IMG/VR virus record: IMGVR_UViG_3300008116_003012
Span: 32,001-96,000 of that record
DNA from: a virus
Direction: 5' to 3' (one strand)
DNA length: 64,000 bases
The translations under genes and the position numbers were made by a program. Positions 58,443 through 64,000 of the stretch are shown here, piece by piece. Under the pieces are notes generated by a model. The model saw only the letters and a program-made list of their open reading frames with translations. It was not told where the DNA came from and did no database searches. Within the stretch, counting starts at the first letter, position 1. Every line of letters begins with the position of its first letter.

Positions 58443-59249
58443 ATGATTAGTATCCATAATAAAATTCTAAGCAACGAAGAAGTAAAAATTTTATTAGACT
58501 ATTTTCAAAAAGACGATGAAAAAGTAGATGCAAGGCCGGATGTAAGAAGTAAGCATCCTATATGGGAAGAGACAGATTGGCCAGAATATATTATTCAAAA
58601 TGCATTAACTAGAATATTAAACTACGATTACAAGGTAGAAGAAGTTGTATTTTTTGAATCTAAAATAAGCTATAGCCTTCATGTTGATAGCGGAAAATGT
58701 CCTAAATCTAGAACAGGAAATGTTGTTATATTTCCGTTAACAGTTGAAGGTCTTGGTACAACTGCGTTGTTTAACAATTTTTGGAATAAAGACAGCACTA
58801 GATTTAGTAGAGTAATACTAGAACCTTTTGAATATAATTTACCTAATAAATTTAATGAATTGACTTATGTAAAAGATTTAAGAGAGTTGCTAGTAAAGTG
58901 TAAAACTGATCCGTTGTCAATTGAAGATTTTAATGTAGATAGTGCATTTATATCTACTATAGAATATCTTATTGATGCTAGACAAGACAAAAAAGTTAGT
59001 AAAACCGACGGAAGGTGTTACGACTATACTGATATTGTTAATTGGAAAGCTGATGAAGAGTTTGATAAAACATTGCATCAACAACATTTAAGTCATATAC
59101 CAATTGAAACTTTACAAGGTCTTACTTTGAATTCAATTGTAAATTGGAACATAGGAGACTGCTTTTGTTTTGAAAGAACAAGATTACATTGTGCAGGATC
59201 TGGTCACAAAGTAAAAACAGGATTAACAATTTTTACTCAACGTGCTTGA
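58443..59249 (+). CDS. 2OG-Fe(II)/DSBH-like oxygenase with a large insertion, copy 2
   Basis: Colinear paralog of 55460..56263 (RPDV.SKHP.W, LHVDSG, RCYDY, FER.RLH, GLTIFT). Confidence 0.55.
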   Translation: MISIHNKILSNEEVKILLDYFQKDDEKVDARPDVRSKHPIWEETDWPEYIIQNALTRILNYDYKVEEVVFFESKISYSLHVDSGKCPKSRTGNVVIFPLTVEGLGTTALFNNFWNKDSTRFSRVILEPFEYNLPNKFNELTYVKDLRELLVKCKTDPLSIEDFNVDSAFISTIEYLIDARQDKKVSKTDGRCYDYTDIVNWKADEEFDKTLHQQHLSHIPIETLQGLTLNSIVNWNIGDCFCFERTRLHCAGSGHKVKTGLTIFTQRA

Positions 59250-61128
59250 CTGTACATTTCCAATATTGATTTTTTCTTTGATAGTGATATGCAACTCTAA
59301 AGAACTCTTCTTCTGAAAGAATACGATGATCACCTGTATGATTTATTTCAATCACTGATGATTCTTGCCCTAATACTATTTTCGTAGTTTCAATATCTTG
59401 GCTGTTGTAAGTAATAGGATATTCTGTGTCTTTATCAACACAAAGTAAAATATTTAAATCTTCTAATGTTTTATTATTTAGATTGTATGTAACTTTTAAA
59501 AAATTACTTAGTTCATCAACAAACTGTTGTCGGTTTCTATGAAATTTAACACACGTAGCTGACTTGTATTCCCAATAGGTGTTATTTAATTTCGTTCCCC
59601 AAAACTCTCCGTTAAGTATAACATTTTCTATATTTTCTTTAGTTAAAGTATGCTCAGAGTAAAACAGCTTAGGTTTAGCTTGTTCTATGTAGTTTATAAG
59701 ATCAGATGTAAAACGAGTTTCATTAATTTTTAAAACATTCTTAACATACTTTATTATGTGATGAGCCCATCCGTAATAATACATCACAATTATCCAATGT
59801 GAAAACATGTAACCTTTTATTACTTCTTCAAATGTTAAATGCTTTGTTGAACAAACAGTTCCCATAGTTTCAGTAATATAATTTTCTTCATCTTCTACAT
59901 TTAACCAAAATGTGTCTAATGGAACTATCTTAGAAACTATATCTTTGCTTTTTAAATACTCAGGATTACTCATTGGAGCATTAGGAGTTAATGACAGTGG
60001 ATGAATCATTAAGAAATTTTCTTGCCCCATATCAATTAATTTTTGTATGCCTGTTATAAAGCTATCAAGAGTCTCTTCAGGCATAGGCCATATTAATTCA
60101 GAGTATGTTTTTATATCATTTTCTTTAAAAAAATCCATTGACTCTTTAATAGTTTTTTCTTGAAGATTAAATCTATCAATGGCTTCTAATGTTTTTTCAT
60201 TTAAGCTTTGTAGTGCAAATGTAATTCCTTTGAACAAGTTAGTGCCTGCTTTTTTGTCCAAGGAAGATATTTTTTTAATTCTTTCTGTATTATTTTTTGC
60301 CCAGTCTACATCCCATACATTAGGATATCCAGTTTCTAATTTTTTCTTTATAACATAGGCAGTTATATCATAATCTCTTTCAAGCATTCCCCAGTTACTA
60401 TCGCATATTGACACGTATTCAATTTTGTTTTCTGAAATCCAATCAATTTCTTTATAAACTCTTTCAAGGTCAAACAGCTTTACTTTATTCCAATAGGAAC
60501 TGCCTATATCGCAAAAGCTACAATGATAAGGGCAACCTCTTAGTGTTTCATAAGTTACTTGCCATAGAAACTTTTTATTATGTCTTTTTTCATAATTTTC
60601 CATAATAAAATTATAGAACCCCGATAATATAGGACTAGGCAGTTTATTAAGATTCTCAGTTCGATTTATTCCAGGTATAATTTTTCCAGGAAGAGAAATT
60701 CCGCCAATGTCATCAAAGTTTTTAGAATCTAAATTGTTTAAAATAGATGTTAATGCGTTTTCGTTTTCCCCTAAAACTGCTATGTCAAAACACTTATTAG
60801 TTTTTAATAAAAAGGGATCTGTTGTACTAACTTGAGGCCCGCCTATAATTATAAAACTTTCAGGCCATTTTTCTTTAATTCTTTTTGCAAGTTTTCGATT
60901 ATAGTTCCAATTCCAGATATAGCAACTCATAATAACAACGTGAGGTGTATCTATTCTAGAAACAAATGACTCAATTGATTCTTTTTCTATTAGTACGTCT
61001 TTTAAAATAAAATTATTCTTAACAAAGTCGTTTTCAATCGCAGTAAGCCAATGATAAGATATAGCAAGTGGCAAAAATTTATTAGGGCCGTAACTGTCAA
61101 CGACTTGAATCAAATATACATTTTTCAT
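59233..61128 (-). CDS. B12-binding-domain radical SAM enzyme (class B methyltransferase-like)
   Basis: LPLAI, S.YIWN, IIIGGPQ cobalamin domain; ETLRGCPYHCSFC. Confidence 0.88.
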   Translation of the reverse strand: MKNVYLIQVVDSYGPNKFLPLAISYHWLTAIENDFVKNNFILKDVLIEKESIESFVSRIDTPHVVIMSCYIWNWNYNRKLAKRIKEKWPESFIIIGGPQVSTTDPFLLKTNKCFDIAVLGENENALTSILNNLDSKNFDDIGGISLPGKIIPGINRTENLNKLPSPILSGFYNFIMENYEKRHNKKFLWQVTYETLRGCPYHCSFCDIGSSYWNKVKLFDLERVYKEIDWISENKIEYVSICDSNWGMLERDYDITAYVIKKKLETGYPNVWDVDWAKNNTERIKKISSLDKKAGTNLFKGITFALQSLNEKTLEAIDRFNLQEKTIKESMDFFKENDIKTYSELIWPMPEETLDSFITGIQKLIDMGQENFLMIHPLSLTPNAPMSNPEYLKSKDIVSKIVPLDTFWLNVEDEENYITETMGTVCSTKHLTFEEVIKGYMFSHWIIVMYYYGWAHHIIKYVKNVLKINETRFTSDLINYIEQAKPKLFYSEHTLTKENIENVILNGEFWGTKLNNTYWEYKSATCVKFHRNRQQFVDELSNFLKVTYNLNNKTLEDLNILLCVDKDTEYPITYNSQDIETTKIVLGQESSVIEINHTGDHRILSEEEFFRVAYHYQRKNQYWKCTVKHVE

Positions 61129-61167
61129 ATGTATTATTTATTAACGCATTTTTTTAGAAGTAAATAT

Positions 61168-61728
61168 ATGATGTTAACTACAAAAAATTTAATAGATTGG
61201 GATAAAATCATTTTCAACATCAGTCCTGAAAGCGGTGATCCAATCACTATGTCTGCTGTGCTAAACAAATCAGAGCACTCAAGGACTGACAAACAACTTA
61301 TGTCAGACTATGAAGAAATAGCAAAGACATGGCTAAATGCAGGTTACAACTTAGAAAATATCAAATGGTATGATTATTATCCAGGGGAACATTTTGATAA
61401 AAGTATAGAAACTGCTTTTGAAAATTTAGTAAATGCCAAAGCTAGAAGAGTTTGGATTAGTGAAATAATGCCTGGAATAACTTCGCCTTATCACTGGGAC
61501 GTAGAAGACTATGAGCAACAATGGCTTAGTGAAGGCAATCTAGTTAGATATACTTGTTTTATAGAACAGCCTACTGATGGTCACATTTTTGTATTAGAAG
61601 ATCAACACTTTTATAATCCCGAACAGCATTCAGTAATCAAATGGGAAAATCATCGTCACTATCACGCTGGATCAAACTGCGGATTTAAACCCTTTTATCT
61701 TTTTCATTTTGTAGGAACTCCTAGATGA
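61168..61728 (+). CDS. Asp/Asn beta-hydroxylase-like 2OG-Fe(II) oxygenase
   Basis: WIS...PG...PYHWD ... HAG.NCG..P.YLF. Confidence 0.7.
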   Translation: MMLTTKNLIDWDKIIFNISPESGDPITMSAVLNKSEHSRTDKQLMSDYEEIAKTWLNAGYNLENIKWYDYYPGEHFDKSIETAFENLVNAKARRVWISEIMPGITSPYHWDVEDYEQQWLSEGNLVRYTCFIEQPTDGHIFVLEDQHFYNPEQHSVIKWENHRHYHAGSNCGFKPFYLFHFVGTPR

Positions 61729-62270
61729 TCAATTATATAGGAAACTCTAGTTCTATTATTAATTGGCAAGCACTGATAGACAATTTAAAAAATCAAGAGC
61801 CTGCTTATGTAGGCCCTAGTCACAGTAGAAAAGATAATATTCCTGGAGTTCATAACATTTTAGATAAGTGGGATGCCGCAGGATATGTGTTACAAGAAAA
61901 TGGCGGCACTGTTGGATGGGATATGTTTCTCCCTCATAAAAATTTTGACGTTGAAATAGTTAACAAATTTGCTAAGTTCGTAGGACTTACATCTTATAAC
62001 AGTGCATGGGTCAGCAGAGTTAATCCAGGTATGGTTGTTCCTTATCATTGGGATGTTCATGACAATGAAGAAGAACTTTCTAGAATGGGAAATTTTAAAA
62101 GATGGCATTGTCACATTAGTGCCTCGAGTTTTGGTCATGCATTTTTTGCAGACAATCAATGTTTTTATAATCAAGAGCAGGGTGCGGTTTACGAATGGGA
62201 CGATAGGCGACATTGGCACGGTGGAATAAATTGCGGACTAGTGCCAAAGTATGTTTTTAATTTTTGGTAA
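61725..62270 (+). CDS. Asp/Asn beta-hydroxylase-like 2OG-Fe(II) oxygenase (tandem paralog)
   Basis: WVS...PG...PYHWD ... HGG.NCG..PKYVF. Confidence 0.7.
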   Translation: MINYIGNSSSIINWQALIDNLKNQEPAYVGPSHSRKDNIPGVHNILDKWDAAGYVLQENGGTVGWDMFLPHKNFDVEIVNKFAKFVGLTSYNSAWVSRVNPGMVVPYHWDVHDNEEELSRMGNFKRWHCHISASSFGHAFFADNQCFYNQEQGAVYEWDDRRHWHGGINCGLVPKYVFNFW

Positions 62271-62273
62271 TAT

Positions 62274-63692
62274 ATGGAAGAAATAAACGAATACTGGGAA
62301 CAACCAGAAGAAACTAAAATTGGTCATTGGCAAAATGTCATAAAAGAAAAAACAGGAAGTTCTACTTTCTGTGCTTTACCTTGGGTACACTTTGCTACAC
62401 GACCAAACGGAGATATGCGTCTTTGCTGTTCTGCTAACGCTAGTGGTGCTGGTACTGATCATGAAGTAGGTCTAGTTAAAAATGAAAGAGGAGTTCCTGC
62501 AAACTTTGGCAAAGAAACACCTATGAGTGCATGGAACAATGAATACATGAAGGATGTACGTTTGACTATGTTAGAAGGAAAAATTCCTGCTAGTTGTCAA
62601 AAGTGTTACAAAGAAGAAAGCAAAGGTGTTGCTAGTAAACGTATTTGGGAAACAGCTTATTGGACGTTAGACGGTGTTGACCTAGAAGAACTAGTAAAGC
62701 AAACAGAAGAAGATGGAACTATACCAGAAAAACTAGTTTATCTAGATTTAAGACTAGGGCATACTTGCAATCTAAAATGTGTTATGTGCAGTCCTCATGA
62801 CAGCAGCTTATGGGTTCAAGATCATAAAAAAATCTATCCTTTGTTACAGCATGATGCTTTAAAAAATCAAATGGGATGGGATCAAAAGAGTTTTAATAAC
62901 TATTGGCATGAGAATCCAGACTTCTGGAAAGAAATGTATGCACAGATTCCTAATCTTAAACAGGTGTACTTTGCAGGCGGTGAACCTCTTTTAATTAAAG
63001 AACATAAAACTTTCTTAGAAGAAATTATTCGTCAAGGATATGCTGACAAAATATTGATTAGATATAACACCAACGGACTGCTAATAGATGATACTATAAT
63101 AGAGCTATGGAAAAAATTTAAAAAAGTTAAAGTTGGGTTTAGTATAGACGCATTAACTGATAGAAATTACTATATTAGATTTCCTAGCGAATGGAGTAAG
63201 ATAGAAAAGAATCTTCATATATTAGACAACACTCCTAGCAATATAGAAGTTAGCATTGCTACTGCTATACAAATTTTAAATATAAAACATTTACCAGAAT
63301 TTGCCAAATGGAAGATTCAACAGAACTTTAAGAAAGTAAACTTTGAAAACGTTACAGGAGGCATACAAGCCGGCGGCGGAATTTTTAATATGCATTTGTT
63401 GTATATTCCTACTTTTTTAAGTATACGCTGCTTACCTAACGAAGATAAAGCAGAAGTTAGAAAACTTTTTGGAGAGCTTGCTAATTGGTTGTATGTAAAC
63501 TATAGACAAGATGAAGATTTTTGGAAGATTAATCCTTACGGATGGAAACGTTGGCAAGCTGTGTTAGATTTTATGGATGCCGAAGATCACACACATTTGC
63601 TGCCTGCGTTTAAAGAATACATTGAAAATTTAGATCCAATTAGAAAAACTAATTTTAAAAACTATTTTCCTGAACTAGCTCACTTAATATAA
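62274..63692 (+). CDS. Radical SAM protein with an N-terminal twitch/SPASM-like domain
   Basis: FCALPW...LCC...C..C, then CNLKCVMC, FAGGEP, YNTNG, FSID. Confidence 0.9.
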   Translation: MEEINEYWEQPEETKIGHWQNVIKEKTGSSTFCALPWVHFATRPNGDMRLCCSANASGAGTDHEVGLVKNERGVPANFGKETPMSAWNNEYMKDVRLTMLEGKIPASCQKCYKEESKGVASKRIWETAYWTLDGVDLEELVKQTEEDGTIPEKLVYLDLRLGHTCNLKCVMCSPHDSSLWVQDHKKIYPLLQHDALKNQMGWDQKSFNNYWHENPDFWKEMYAQIPNLKQVYFAGGEPLLIKEHKTFLEEIIRQGYADKILIRYNTNGLLIDDTIIELWKKFKKVKVGFSIDALTDRNYYIRFPSEWSKIEKNLHILDNTPSNIEVSIATAIQILNIKHLPEFAKWKIQQNFKKVNFENVTGGIQAGGGIFNMHLLYIPTFLSIRCLPNEDKAEVRKLFGELANWLYVNYRQDEDFWKINPYGWKRWQAVLDFMDAEDHTHLLPAFKEYIENLDPIRKTNFKNYFPELAHLI

Positions 63693-64000
63693 TGAAAAGA
63701 AAGATTATAAAAATTACCAACAATGTAAGTCCTAATGTTTTTAGGCTTGAATGGGTAGTGGGTAATTTGTGCAATCGTAAATGCTGGTATTGCTTTCCCG
63801 GAGCAAATGAAGGAACTTATCCTTTTCCTTCTGATATAGAGCTCATAAAGAAGAACTTTACTACCATGTTTGACAGTTACAAGGAAAACGGTATAGATAC
63901 GTTTGAAATATTACTTACAGGAGGAGAGCCTACTTTATGGAAAGAATTTCCTGAAGTACTAAACTTTTTTAAAGAAAACTATAATGTTGTAATACGCACA
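63692..64000 (+). CDS. Radical SAM protein (partial, runs off the window)
   Basis: Own translation MKRKII...GNLCNRKCWYCFP...LTGGEPTLW. Confidence 0.85.
   Translation, partial: MKRKIIKITNNVSPNVFRLEWVVGNLCNRKCWYCFPGANEGTYPFPSDIELIKKNFTTMFDSYKENGIDTFEILLTGGEPTLWKEFPEVLNFFKENYNVVIRT

Noticed and set aside
1-64000. Alternative genetic code (stop reassignment)
   Set aside because: Known genes (ligase, PhoH, ClpP, S8) are full length in the standard code and all three stops are used. The break at about 24670 is a frame change, not a read-through.
1-64000. CRISPR array, tRNA, rRNA, integrase or transposase
   Set aside because: No regularly spaced repeats, cloverleaf motifs or recombinase motifs were recognised by eye. 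A tRNAscan/Infernal run would be needed to exclude them fully.
48570-64000. RiPP cluster (radical SAM/SPASM plus precursor peptide)
   Set aside because: The genes are tightly packed with no convincing short precursor ORF, RRE domain or transporter in the visible part.
1-64000. Bacterial chromosome or prophage origin
   Set aside because: Host-like genes are interleaved with virion, lysis and T4-type replication genes and late-promoter boxes, with no bacterial operon context or att/integrase.

Overview
This window is part of a large, AT-rich tailed dsDNA phage genome (T4-like/jumbo myovirus type) using the standard genetic code. The i-spanin/o-spanin pair suggests a Gram-negative host. Layout: (1) 1-11.3 kb: ClpA (partial), DnaJ, a lysis cassette (GH19 endolysin, spanins, holin-like proteins), PhoH, dCMP deaminase, clamp loader, cytidylyltransferase, dUTPase, GroES and a stand-alone DnaE fragment. 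(2) 11.3-31.8 kb: a minus-strand virion/baseplate/fibre block containing two S8 proteases, an Mtd_N-type fibre and a giant protein broken by a frameshift at about 24670. (3) 31.9-48.5 kb: early/middle genes, including UvsE, a queD-cupin-aldolase-DadA operon behind a preQ1-I-like structured leader, DNA ligase, ClpP, a BI-1/YccA protein, a metallophosphoesterase and IF-1. (4) 48.5-64 kb: a strand-alternating biosynthetic island with five radical SAM genes (one B12-dependent), two amidinotransferases, a minimal DegT aminotransferase, NDP-sugar dehydrogenase and epimerase, a methyltransferase and five 2OG-Fe(II)-like oxygenases, several apparently on leaderless TAAATA late-type transcripts. The best candidates for new biology are this island and the riboswitch-like leader of the queD operon. 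All calls come from reading motifs by eye; no database search or folding was run. No tRNA, rRNA, CRISPR array or integrase was recognised.
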